Assembly (NCBI GenBank): GCA_965197525.1
Contig: OZ240211.1
Span: 960,001 to 1,024,000, forward strand
DNA: 64,000 nt
From: Nitrosopumilus sp.
GTDB taxonomy: Archaea > Thermoproteota > Nitrososphaeria > Nitrososphaerales > Nitrosopumilaceae
Direction: 5' to 3'
Shown piece after piece: positions 1 to 9,480 of the stretch (positions within the stretch are counted from its first letter, which is position 1; each line of letters begins with the position of its first letter). The notes beneath the pieces were generated by a model, which searched no databases, was not told the origin of the DNA, and was given only the letters and a program-made list of their open reading frames with translations. Position numbers and translations under genes: made by a program.

Positions 1-117
1 GGGTTTCTTCTTTTGTGGTTTTAGTATTATCGTCTGCAGGGGTTTCTTCTTTTGTGGTTTTAGTATTATCGTCTGCAGGGGTTTCTTCTTTTGTGGTTTT
101 AGTATTATCGTCTGCAG
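1..117. repeat. Three perfect 39-bp tandem repeats encoding PADDNTKTTKEET in the L31e tail
   Basis: gggtttcttcttttgtggttttagtattatcgtctgcag at 1-39, 40-78 and 79-117; may continue beyond the window. Confidence 0.95.
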
Positions 118-598
118 GGGTCTCTTCGCTCTTGTCTTCTGATGCCTCGTTTTTCTTGTCTTCATCTTGTTCTTCTTCTTGCTCTTCGTCTTGTTCTTCT
201 TCTTGCTCTTCTTCGTCTTTTGTTGTAGCTAGTTTATCATCTGCCGTATCTAGTTCCTCGGTATTTGCTGTAACAGATTCATCTACGGCTGCTTCTTTGT
301 CAGTAGTATCTTTTTCTACAGTTTCATCCAAAACAACATCGTCATCATATCTAGAAACAATGACATGTCCTTCATCAGTTTTTTGCATTCTGACTCTTAC
401 TTTTCGTGGAGGACGTCTAACACCTCTTGCCCAAATTTCATGAGCTAACTCTTCTTCGATTTTAATGGTTTCAACTTTCATATGATGACGAGCAAACTCT
501 CTAATCATGTTAATTGCTCTAACAGCCCTATGTTGAGATTGAGAGATTAAGGCTTTGCCTAAATTAATCGTATAAACTCGTTCGACATCTTCAGACAT
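1..598 (-). CDS. rpl31e: 50S ribosomal protein L31e with a long acidic repetitive C-terminal extension (runs off the window edge)
   Basis: Manual translation (not in ORF track): MSEDVERVYTINLGKALISQSQHRAVRAINMIREFARHHMK...EIWARGVRRPPRKVRVRM, the L31e signature, followed by a D/E/K/T-rich tail; lies downstream of rpl39e. Confidence 0.93.
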   Translation of the reverse strand, partial: MSEDVERVYTINLGKALISQSQHRAVRAINMIREFARHHMKVETIKIEEELAHEIWARGVRRPPRKVRVRMQKTDEGHVIVSRYDDDVVLDETVEKDTTDKEAAVDESVTANTEELDTADDKLATTKDEEEQEEEQDEEQEEEQDEDKKNEASEDKSEETPADDNTKTTKEETPADDNTKTTKEETPADDNTKTTKEET

Positions 599-602
599 AT
601 AA

Positions 603-761
603 CTATCCTACCTCCACGTCAGTTGATCTCCAAGCCCTACGTTTTGGATTAGTTCGAACACCCCTCTTTGTTTTGAGAATAATCCACGCAGGTACAGGCG
701 AGGCTTGTTTGGTTTTTTTAAGTAGACGTATCTTTCTTGAAGAGGGTTTACGTGCAGCCAT
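603..761 (-). CDS. rpl39e: 50S ribosomal protein L39e
   Basis: Manual translation MAARKPSSRKIRLLKKTKQASPVPAWIILKTKRGVRTNPKRRAWRSTDVEVG (52 aa) with the VPAW..KT and RRxWR motifs. Confidence 0.95.
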   Translation of the reverse strand: MAARKPSSRKIRLLKKTKQASPVPAWIILKTKRGVRTNPKRRAWRSTDVEVG

Positions 762-798
762 AAAATTTGAGATGCGAAGAGCTCTTTTTAAATGAATC

Positions 799-1347
799 TC
801 ATGTTTTTAAACGATTTTGAATTTGTTTTAAAATTCTAGCAGAAGCTCCCCAAACAATTTGATGATTATATTCAAAAGTGTACATTTCGTTGATAATGTT
901 ATGGGTAGGATCTAAATCTTGAGTGCCAGTTTTTAAAAAAGATTCCAAAGGAATACGAAAGATGTCTTCAACTTCACAGTTAGCTACAAGTGTTGGAATT
1001 TCATCAATAACTGCAACAAATGGCAAGATCAGAAAACCAGAATTCAGTGTAACCACAGGCTCGAGTTGACCTATCACTTGCTCTTTAGGGATTACAAGTC
1101 CTATCTCTTCACGAGTCTCACGCAATGCAGTCTGCAATAGATCAGAATCTCTAGGATCTAACTTTCCACCCGGAAATGAAATTTCACCTGCATGAAATTT
1201 CATATATTTGGGTTTCTTAGTCATTACAACAAGTGGGTCTTTACCATAAATTATCACCAATACAGATGCCAAACGATATGAATTATCAGTTTTTACTGTT
1301 GGATTAACAGCAGTGGAGAGTACGGATTTTAATTCATCTAATAGCAT
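799..1347 (-). CDS. NUDIX hydrolase, CoA pyrophosphatase (NudL/Pcd1-like)
   Basis: HAGEISFPGGK followed by the Nudix box ALRETREEIG, plus an IVWGASARIL motif. Confidence 0.88.
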   Translation of the reverse strand: MLLDELKSVLSTAVNPTVKTDNSYRLASVLVIIYGKDPLVVMTKKPKYMKFHAGEISFPGGKLDPRDSDLLQTALRETREEIGLVIPKEQVIGQLEPVVTLNSGFLILPFVAVIDEIPTLVANCEVEDIFRIPLESFLKTGTQDLDPTHNIINEMYTFEYNHQIVWGASARILKQIQNRLKT

Positions 1348-1421
1348 GATAGTTCATAGGAATCATTACATATTGGTTTTAGTATTCAAAGGTTTTAACC
1401 AAGGATAAAAGAAATCAAAAT

Positions 1422-2159
1422 ATGACAATTAGATACGAGGCTAATCCACCTAAAATTTTATCTGGTGTTGACACAGATGAATCAATTCAAAAATTTGTAA
1501 AAAGAATACAGACCATTGTAAAAAAATGTGATGCGATACACTTGACTGAAAACGTACTGGGACATCAAAGGGTATCACCCATCAAAGTTGGGGAGATGAT
1601 TAAAAGAGAGATTCCAGATCTGCCGATCACTGTAAGCCTACGAGTCAGAGACAAAGACGAAGATGAGATTGTTAAATTTGTAGAAGAGTGTATTAGAATA
1701 AACTTTTCTGGAATTTTAGTATTGATGGGCGATCCATCACAGACAGGAAAACAAGATTCAGGTCAGATTCCAAGCAGTGTAGTTAAGAGATTGAAAGATA
1801 AAGGTTATGATTCAAAGATTGATCTATATCTATCAATCTCAAACAGACCTAACTTGGAAAAAGCTGCAAAAAAAATAAAAACAAATCCCAAAGGATTCAT
1901 GACACAAGTAGTTCAGAACATACAGCAAGTAAGAGATTTGTCAGAGAATCTCAAAGAGTTCAAAGTGATTCCCATTATACTATTTCCATCTAAAAAGAAT
2001 GAGAGATCAGCAAAATTTTTGAAGTTAGATTTGGACACATACAGTCAAAAATTTGAAGAATTTGTAAAAGAGATACATGATATTACAGGCGATATCATAA
2101 TAACATCGCCTAATGATTTTAGTGGGGTAGATGGATTTTTAGAAAGGCTGTCTATGTAG
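1422..2159 (+). CDS. Methylenetetrahydrofolate reductase-like protein
   Basis: YEANPPK start, LRVRD, ILVLMGDP and GFMTQ motifs of the MTHFR fold; adjacent to methionine synthase genes. Confidence 0.75.
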   Translation: MTIRYEANPPKILSGVDTDESIQKFVKRIQTIVKKCDAIHLTENVLGHQRVSPIKVGEMIKREIPDLPITVSLRVRDKDEDEIVKFVEECIRINFSGILVLMGDPSQTGKQDSGQIPSSVVKRLKDKGYDSKIDLYLSISNRPNLEKAAKKIKTNPKGFMTQVVQNIQQVRDLSENLKEFKVIPIILFPSKKNERSAKFLKLDLDTYSQKFEEFVKEIHDITGDIIITSPNDFSGVDGFLERLSM

Positions 2160-2192
2160 TGATGGCAATGAACTCAGATAATACAAAGACAG

Positions 2193-4703
2193 TTAGATTA
2201 CAAAATATTTGACTAGAGGGTGATGAACTACTATTGCTGCAGTAGACTGTTCAGGAATTATCTGTCCTGATTCGGCCAGTTTCATTCCAGATTTGTCAGG
2301 TTGTAGCAACTTCCACACGAGATGATGCTGTGTTACATCAGGACAGCTAGGAAATCCCCAGCTAAATCGCAGACCTCCTTGGGTTATGTTTAATTCAGAT
2401 TTAATCTTTTGATTTATCCATTCTGCAAGAGCTTCGGCTACCTCAACTGCTAATCCGTGTAGATAATACGCATCTGTATACTTGTCTTCTTTGTTCCATT
2501 GGTCAATAGTGTTAGTTATCTTTGTGCCTACAGTTACAGCCTGGAATGCAACGATGTCATCATCGCCAAAATAATCAGTCAGACATAGATGTTCGGATTT
2601 TGTAGAACGTGGAAACTCCAATTCTACGTCATCACCGAGAGGGTTCTCTACATGGAGTAGTCTGCCTTTGTTATGACATCTGAAATAGCCATAAACAATT
2701 TCAGGCTCAAACAACTCTTCTTGAATAATTCTGAGCTTCCATTCTTTGAGTAACTCTTCATGTTCTGTCTCAAGTTTAGAACCTGCTTTACCCCTCAAGC
2801 CCCAAGATAATTTGAAGAGAGATTTCTTATCAATTAATGTCCATACTTTGTCCATATCGATTTGATCAGATTTGAGACGTATTGGTTTGCCAAGTGTTTG
2901 AGGAGCAGATGAAATTACAGCTGGTTTGATGTCACTCCTAGGAAGAGTATCAGGATCTACTGCAACACTTGATTTATCTTGCCAATTCTCTAATTTCTTT
3001 CTCCAATCATCCAAAAGTGTTTGCCTTTGATCAGATAGCAAGGCATCCATTGTCTTTAAGCCCTCAAACATCGTGTTGCAATAAAACATACCAGATGTGT
3101 ATATTCCATCCTCTTTTGCTATTCTATTGATGTAGTTGCTGTTAATGGCAGCGCCTCCACAGAGAATTGGGATAGTCATCTTGTTGTTTCTTGCATGGTC
3201 TACAAACAGTTTCATCTGTTTTGATGTTACAACCAGTAATGCAGATAGTCCTACAGCATCAGGTTTGACTTGATCAATCTTATCAAGAAATTTCTGTAGT
3301 GGAACTTGTTTTCCCAAATCATAAACAGTGTAACCGTTGTTCTGAAAGATGGTCTTGACGAGATTTTTTCCAATGTCATGCACATCGCCGTAAACGGTAC
3401 CCAGAACAAGTGTTCCTTTGCTTGTTCCTTCCTCTTTTACCAGATACTTTTCTAGTTCACTGACTGCTGCCTTCATACATTCGGCAGATTTTAGGACAAA
3501 TGGCAAGATTAGTTCTCCTGCGCCAAATTTGTCACCTACCTCTTTCATGGCAGGAAGCAAGTCTTCATTGAGTGTTTGAATTGCGCCGTCGTGGGTAGCC
3601 TCGGGAGGAGCATCGATGGACAGGGCACCGTTATTATCATCTTGTACTGCCACATCATTGCCAAGCTTTTCTGCAATGGCTGACACGACATCATTTTCAA
3701 TGCCGTTTTTGAGCCTGTGCACGATTCTATAGTTTGCGCGCTTGCCTGCAGGCAAGGAAGGATCAACATATTCCTTCTTTTTCAAATCAGTTTTATCAGT
3801 AGTAGATGTATTCTCAAAATATGCAATCAAGTCAGATAAAGCATTAGTATGTGTGTTAAAGATCAGATCTTCTGCAAGCTTGCGTTCTTTTTTGTCAATC
3901 TCGCCATAAGGAATAATCTCTTTTGCATTTACAATTGCAGAATCAAGGCCTGATTTGACTGCATGGTACAAAAATGTCGAGTTTATGATTTTTCTAGCAG
4001 GTGGTGTTAGGCCAAAACTAATGTTGCTAAGACCCAATGTAGTAAAACAGTTGGGAAATTTTTCTTTAACGAGTTTGATTCCTTGCAGAGTATTGTTACC
4101 GGCGTCAAGAAATTCTTCTTCTCCTGTAGCTAGAGTAAATGTAAGAACATCAAAGATGAATTGTTCAATCTTTAATCCATATTTTTTTCCAGTCTCATAA
4201 AGAAGCTCGGCAGTTTCTAATTTCTGCTGAGGAGTTTTGGCCATACCATCAGGTCCAATGCATAATGCAATTGCAGGTAAGCCGTATTTTGCCATTAGAG
4301 GAGCTAACTGCGCAAACTTACTGCCGTCTCCTTCAAGATTAATAGAGTTGATTATGGGTCTGCCGGGAATCTGAGTTACAGTAGATCGAATCACCTCAGG
4401 ATCAGTAGAGTCAATTACAAGAGGGGCGCTAATTATCAGACTCAGTTTTTTAACCAGAGTCAACATAAACTCACGCTCATCTGCACGTTCAGTAGTTGCA
4501 ACACAGACATCAAGACAATGAGCACCGTCATCCTCAACTTGAACTCTTGCCAGATCAACTAGTCCGTCATAATCGTCAGCTAAGACTAGGTTCTTTGCCT
4601 TACGGGAGCCTTGGGTATTAAGCCGTTCTCCAATAATTAATGGCGGAGGAATCTGTTTTAGATCAACTGCATTTAATGCAGAACTTACTCGCGGAGTCTT
4701 CAA
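2193..4703 (-). CDS. metH: Cobalamin-dependent methionine synthase, C-terminal part (pterin-binding, cap, B12-binding and reactivation domains)
   Basis: IIGERLN, GDVHDIGKNLV (DxHxxG B12 ligand) and RFSWGFPSCPD motifs. Confidence 0.93.
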   Translation of the reverse strand: MKTPRVSSALNAVDLKQIPPPLIIGERLNTQGSRKAKNLVLADDYDGLVDLARVQVEDDGAHCLDVCVATTERADEREFMLTLVKKLSLIISAPLVIDSTDPEVIRSTVTQIPGRPIINSINLEGDGSKFAQLAPLMAKYGLPAIALCIGPDGMAKTPQQKLETAELLYETGKKYGLKIEQFIFDVLTFTLATGEEEFLDAGNNTLQGIKLVKEKFPNCFTTLGLSNISFGLTPPARKIINSTFLYHAVKSGLDSAIVNAKEIIPYGEIDKKERKLAEDLIFNTHTNALSDLIAYFENTSTTDKTDLKKKEYVDPSLPAGKRANYRIVHRLKNGIENDVVSAIAEKLGNDVAVQDDNNGALSIDAPPEATHDGAIQTLNEDLLPAMKEVGDKFGAGELILPFVLKSAECMKAAVSELEKYLVKEEGTSKGTLVLGTVYGDVHDIGKNLVKTIFQNNGYTVYDLGKQVPLQKFLDKIDQVKPDAVGLSALLVVTSKQMKLFVDHARNNKMTIPILCGGAAINSNYINRIAKEDGIYTSGMFYCNTMFEGLKTMDALLSDQRQTLLDDWRKKLENWQDKSSVAVDPDTLPRSDIKPAVISSAPQTLGKPIRLKSDQIDMDKVWTLIDKKSLFKLSWGLRGKAGSKLETEHEELLKEWKLRIIQEELFEPEIVYGYFRCHNKGRLLHVENPLGDDVELEFPRSTKSEHLCLTDYFGDDDIVAFQAVTVGTKITNTIDQWNKEDKYTDAYYLHGLAVEVAEALAEWINQKIKSELNITQGGLRFSWGFPSCPDVTQHHLVWKLLQPDKSGMKLAESGQIIPEQSTAAIVVHHPLVKYFVI

Positions 4704-4727
4704 TACTATAAAATCACACCCATTCGT

Positions 4728-5708
4728 CTAAATAGTTGACTCTTTAGAGTCAGCGACAGTCTTCTTCTTATCATCAATTACCTGTCTTAAGATTTTGATA
4801 TGTTCAGGATTTGTTCCACAACATCCACCGATAATTCGAATCTTTTTGTAGCCATCAAGAAAATCACCCAGGATAGACCCCATATCAGAGGGAGTCATCT
4901 TGTAGAGGGCTTGTCCACCATCATTTTCAGGCATGCCAGCATTAGGAACTACTAGCAGATTATGATCGTCTTGTTCATCAAGCCATCTAATACTAGGGAT
5001 CATCTCAGTAGGACCAGTAGAACAGTTGAGCCCGAACACGTCAATTCCCATATCAGAGACAGTTGTATATGCAGACTGAATATCAGTACCAAGTAGCATC
5101 TTGCCGTATGGATCCAATGTCGTGTTTGCAATAATTGGAACTTTTTTGCCAGTTTTTGCCATAGCGTTATGACATGCCTCAATGACTAGCTTCACCTCTA
5201 GTATATCCTGGCTAGTCTCAATGAGTAACGCATCAACACCTCCAAGGATCAGCCCTTGTGCTTGTAGCTCAAAGGCCTCCCGTATCTCATCAAGAGGCTT
5301 CGTACCCAGATCAGGATCATCTGAGCTGGGAAGAAAGCCAGACGGTCCCATCGAACCTATAACGTACCTTGGTTTATCAGAGTATTCTAAAGAGACATCA
5401 TGCGCAAGTTGGGCAATTTTTTGGTTAAAACCAACTGTATCATCACCAAAACCGTATTCGTCAAGTTTGATCTTGTTTGAACCAAAGGAGTTTGTCTCAA
5501 TACAGTCAGCGCCTGCATCAAGATAATTTTTATGGATTTGCCTAATCCATTCAGGATGTGTCAACACTAAACCGTCGTTGAACCCATCTTGGTTATTAGG
5601 AAAGTCATCAGGACTTGGGTTGTATCGTTGGATCTCAGTACCCATTGCACCGTCAAAGAGCAGTACCCTATCTTTTAATGCATCAACGAATGGTTGTTTT
5701 TCTGCCAA
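4728..5708 (-). CDS. metH: Homocysteine S-methyltransferase domain (N-terminal part of split MetH)
   Basis: DGAMGTEIQ, GLNCSTGP and IIGGCCGTNPEHI zinc-binding motifs. Confidence 0.93.
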   Translation of the reverse strand: MAEKQPFVDALKDRVLLFDGAMGTEIQRYNPSPDDFPNNQDGFNDGLVLTHPEWIRQIHKNYLDAGADCIETNSFGSNKIKLDEYGFGDDTVGFNQKIAQLAHDVSLEYSDKPRYVIGSMGPSGFLPSSDDPDLGTKPLDEIREAFELQAQGLILGGVDALLIETSQDILEVKLVIEACHNAMAKTGKKVPIIANTTLDPYGKMLLGTDIQSAYTTVSDMGIDVFGLNCSTGPTEMIPSIRWLDEQDDHNLLVVPNAGMPENDGGQALYKMTPSDMGSILGDFLDGYKKIRIIGGCCGTNPEHIKILRQVIDDKKKTVADSKESTI

Positions 5709-5814
5709 TGTAATATTAAGAAGAGGTTAGATAGTTTAACTCTTTTCAGAAAAAACAGCAATTATTGGTAGTGCGCATGAATAACTCATGCTTCTTTGCA
5801 GCTCATAAAAAAAA

Positions 5815-6573
5815 TTATCCCAATCCCCAACGGTACATCACTTTGGACTCTACTCGTTTGAAGATAAGGCCGTCGATTACAAGACCTATCAGCATGATTA
5901 CTAGCATTATTGCGATTACTTGGGATACATCAGTAAGAGAACGCCCTACATTAAGCAAGAATCCCAGTCCTAGGTACGAAAATAACAGCTCTGCCCCAAT
6001 CACACCTCTCCACGCAAATGCCCATCCTTGTTTGAATCCAGAGATCATATATGGAAATGCGGCAGGTATTAGTACAGATGTAATCAGCTGAGTGCCCTTT
6101 GCACCCATATTTCTTGCAGCCTCAATATATTGGGGATGAATATTTTTGACGCCGGTATACGTGTTGATTGTAACTGCGAATACTGCACCAATTGCTGTAA
6201 CAAAGATTATCCCAGCATCAGTCAGACCGAACCAGAGTATTGCAATTGGTACCCAAGCAATAGAAGGAATCGATTGCAGTCCCAATACCAAAGAACCTAC
6301 AGTTTGGTTTACAGCTTCTACTCTTGCCATAAAGATTCCCAAGACAATACCTCCGGTAATTGCAAATGCCAATCCTACTGAGAGTCTCCACATACTAGTT
6401 GCAATACCATAGAACAGACTTCCGTCTGATGCAGTATGCACCAAGTCTCGGGCCACATCATATGGAGAAGGGAAGATGTTCTCAGGCCATATCCCCAACA
6501 TTGCAGTTATCTGCCAAACTGCAACAATCCCGATGTAGAATATTATACGATAAAGCGTAAAATTTTTTGCCAT
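5815..6573 (-). CDS. ABC transporter permease, SsuC/TauC/NrtB family
   Basis: LQSIPSIAW and EAARNMGA (EAA loop) motifs; multiple TM helices. Confidence 0.9.
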   Translation of the reverse strand: MAKNFTLYRIIFYIGIVAVWQITAMLGIWPENIFPSPYDVARDLVHTASDGSLFYGIATSMWRLSVGLAFAITGGIVLGIFMARVEAVNQTVGSLVLGLQSIPSIAWVPIAILWFGLTDAGIIFVTAIGAVFAVTINTYTGVKNIHPQYIEAARNMGAKGTQLITSVLIPAAFPYMISGFKQGWAFAWRGVIGAELLFSYLGLGFLLNVGRSLTDVSQVIAIMLVIMLIGLVIDGLIFKRVESKVMYRWGLG

Positions 6574-6582
6574 GGTTTATCC

Positions 6583-6891
6583 CTATGTTGTTGTTACCTC
6601 TAGTAAAAGTGCATTATTCTTCTTCTTCTTCTCCTCCTTCTTATTCTGAATTAATAATGTCTCAACTGGCAAGAGAACATATACACGCGTCTTAGAGGCT
6701 GTAAACAGTCTTCTAAATCCTGCAACTAGGCATAAAAACGTAGGTCTCTTACAGGCAACATAGATGACCAAGTATGCAGTATCACGTGGTCCAACCAGAG
6801 AATCAGTACCAGATAACACCTCATAGGCGTAAGAGGCATCATAAAGATATTCTGCAGTGTTTTTGACTTCTTCTTCTTCTAATCTGGTCAT
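6583..6891 (-). pseudogene. Decayed ABC ATP-binding subunit remnant
   Basis: Occupies the ATPase slot between the binding protein and the permease; LVGP...CKRPTFLCLVAGF resembles a disrupted Walker A region (LVGPSGCGKSTFLRIVAGL); about 100 aa, with no LSGGQ or Walker B. Confidence 0.6.
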
Positions 6892-7970
6892 TAGGTATCA
6901 CCAGACTCCTCAACTAAATTTGTATCAGAGAAATAAAAGATTTCAGATATATCATACCCGTCTCGTCCAAGATATCCCAACACATCAGCTCGTTGAGCAA
7001 ACGTGTAAATAGATTCCGGTATATAATCGGATGTAATTACAAGATTAGATAAAGCAATGTCAACTACATCATCAGACAGTGATTGGCCAAAATAAGAGTC
7101 TAGGAAATTATTAAAGACGATTCGGGTTTCAAGAGGATTTTGGTTTATCCAATCTGCTGTTGCATTATGTGCATCTAACAGATTTGCAATTAATACTGGA
7201 TGTCGGTTTACATAATCAACATTCCCAATCAAGATAACAGAAGCAAATTCGTTGTTTGGCCACAGTTCTTCTTCATGAAATAAACGTGTGCCGTTTAACT
7301 GAGTCTCCAAAATGGTTGCCCAGGGTTCTGCAACCCACGCCCCATCTATGTCACCCTTTACAAATAACGTATAGATATCAGGATTGGCAATATTATAGAC
7401 TGTGACAGAACCTCCCTTATCAGACGACTGTAGTCCATTCTCAGACAGATAGTTACGCAAGGAAACATCTTGTGTATTGCCAATTGGAAGAGTTGCAATC
7501 TTTTTGCCTGCAAAATCTAAAGCGGAGTTTATCTCAGATGTGGGATGAACTATGAAACTTGCGCCACCACTTGCAGCGCCTGCAAGAATCTGTACATTGT
7601 TATCTTTTGAATTTAAAAAACCAGTTATAGCAGGTCCTGGTCCAACATATGCAAGATCAATCGAGTTAGCAAATAATGCCTCTATTGCCTGAGGTCCGCT
7701 ATCAAATATGCGAGTTTCAATAGGTGTAGCGTGATCAACTATTACAACGCTACCAGTTGCGTTAAAGCCATCAATACCATTTTGAAAGAAACCTTTCTCC
7801 ATTCCCACTATCGGAATAGCGTGACCGATGTTGGGAAAGTATGCGATGCGGATTTTATTATCAGGATACGAACTAGCATTACTGCTACCATTAAAACTAG
7901 ACACAATGCCTAATGTCGATAGCAAAACAACGCCTACAACACTTGTAATAACTATCGTTTTAGTTTTCAT
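6891..7970 (-). CDS. ABC transporter substrate-binding protein, SsuA/TauA/NrtA family
   Basis: IAYFPNIGHA, DLAYVGPGPA, GNTQDVSLR and AWVAEPW motifs; N-terminal signal/anchor. Confidence 0.9.
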   Translation of the reverse strand: MKTKTIVITSVVGVVLLSTLGIVSSFNGSSNASSYPDNKIRIAYFPNIGHAIPIVGMEKGFFQNGIDGFNATGSVVIVDHATPIETRIFDSGPQAIEALFANSIDLAYVGPGPAITGFLNSKDNNVQILAGAASGGASFIVHPTSEINSALDFAGKKIATLPIGNTQDVSLRNYLSENGLQSSDKGGSVTVYNIANPDIYTLFVKGDIDGAWVAEPWATILETQLNGTRLFHEEELWPNNEFASVILIGNVDYVNRHPVLIANLLDAHNATADWINQNPLETRIVFNNFLDSYFGQSLSDDVVDIALSNLVITSDYIPESIYTFAQRADVLGYLGRDGYDISEIFYFSDTNLVEESGDT

Positions 7971-8113
7971 AAAACAGCGTTATATTGGACGGTTAAAAAA
8001 TCATCGAATTTTAGCTCAAGCTAGTAACAGAATTTTGAGGGTAAGACACAATTCAAGCATTAATTCCAATATCACAAAAGATAAATTCTAAAAAAGACCA
8101 GCAAATTTGCATT

Positions 8114-9316
8114 ATGGCTCAAAAAGGAATTCTTGCATTTTCAGGCGGACTTGATACATCAGTTGTGGTAAAATATCTACAAGATGAACACGACATGGAT
8201 GTCATTACAGTTACAGTTGATGTCGGACAGGGAGATAACAACAAAAAGATCGCATCCAAAGCCAAGAAACTAGGTGTGAAAAAACATTACAACATTGATG
8301 CAAAGACAGAGTTTGTTAATGATTACATATTTCCATCTATCAAAGCAAACGCTCTTTATCAAAAGAAGTATTGTCTTGCAACAGCACTTGCGCGACCATT
8401 AATTGCACAAAAAGTTTTAGAGATAGCAAAGAAAGAGAATGTAACAGCACTTGCGCATGGTTGTTCAGGTAAGGGAAATGATCAAGTACGTTTTGATATT
8501 ACGTTACGAGCAGGTTCAGAGTTGCCAATTATAGCACCAATTCGAGATAAAAACTTGGATAGGGTTACAGAATTGGAGTTTGCCAAAAAGCATGGAATTG
8601 AGATTGATGCTGTAGCAAAAAAATTTAGCATTGATCAGAATTTATGGGGACGTGCAATAGAAGGAGGAGTATTAGAGGATCCATACAATGAGCCACCAGA
8701 TGACGCATTCATCTGGGTCAAGACAAAAGACTTGCCAGACAAACCAACATACATGGAAATTACATTTGAGCGAGGTGTGCCAATCAAGGTAGATGACAAG
8801 AAGATGATGGAACCCCAGAAACTAATCCAGTACATTAACAGAAAGGCAGGCAATGCAGGTGTCGGAATAGCTGATCATATTGAGGACAGGGTTGTAGGAA
8901 TAAAATCACGTGAAGTATACGAGACACCTGCTGCAACATGTCTAATTGAGGCACATGCGGATTTGGAGAAGATGGTTCATACAAAACACGAGAACAAGTT
9001 CAAATCACAGATTGATGACGAATGGGCATATCTTGTATATTCAGGACTTTGGCAGGATCCACTAAGGGCAGATCTGGACGGATTCATAGAAGCATCACAA
9101 AAGGCAGTATCAGGAACTGTAAGGCTAAAGATGCACAAAGGAAGCATGAGGGTCGTTGGAAGAAAGTCAGAGAACTCACTTTACAGTCACAGTATTGCCA
9201 CTTATGGTACAGAATCTACATTTGATCAGAGATTAGCTGACGGATTTGTCAAGTTGTGGGGCATGCAGTCAACAGAAGCTAATAAATTACAAAAGAAAAG
9301 GTCAACAAGAATATGA
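8114..9316 (+). CDS. argG: Argininosuccinate synthase
   Basis: LAFSGGLDTS, AHGCSGKGNDQVRF and GIKSREVYETPA motifs. Confidence 0.97.
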   Translation: MAQKGILAFSGGLDTSVVVKYLQDEHDMDVITVTVDVGQGDNNKKIASKAKKLGVKKHYNIDAKTEFVNDYIFPSIKANALYQKKYCLATALARPLIAQKVLEIAKKENVTALAHGCSGKGNDQVRFDITLRAGSELPIIAPIRDKNLDRVTELEFAKKHGIEIDAVAKKFSIDQNLWGRAIEGGVLEDPYNEPPDDAFIWVKTKDLPDKPTYMEITFERGVPIKVDDKKMMEPQKLIQYINRKAGNAGVGIADHIEDRVVGIKSREVYETPAATCLIEAHADLEKMVHTKHENKFKSQIDDEWAYLVYSGLWQDPLRADLDGFIEASQKAVSGTVRLKMHKGSMRVVGRKSENSLYSHSIATYGTESTFDQRLADGFVKLWGMQSTEANKLQKKRSTRI

Positions 9317-9480
9317 ACTGTCCTGAATGTGATGCAACACTAAGTATCCCAGAAGATGCTTCAGTAGGAGAGATTGTCTCCTGTCCTGATTGTGGGGCCG
9401 ACTTTGAGATCGCAAAGAAAGATGGATCAAATGTTGAGCTTAAACAAGCAGAAACTGTAGGCGAAGACTGGGGAGAGTAA
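9313..9480 (+). CDS. lysW: Amino-group carrier protein LysW, copy 1 (C-terminus EDWGE)
   Basis: Manual translation MNCPECDATLSIPEDASVGEIVSCPDCGADFEIAKKDGSNVELKQAETVGEDWGE. Confidence 0.95.
   Translation: MNCPECDATLSIPEDASVGEIVSCPDCGADFEIAKKDGSNVELKQAETVGEDWGE

Noticed and set aside
15-443. 142-aa Ser/Val-rich plus-strand ORF with repeats
   Set aside because: It is the antisense shadow of the repetitive rpl31e tail; the minus-strand frame carries the real L31e signature.
2193-5708. Split methionine synthase as a novelty or pseudogene
   Set aside because: Both halves are intact and break at a domain boundary; split MetH is known in several prokaryotic lineages.
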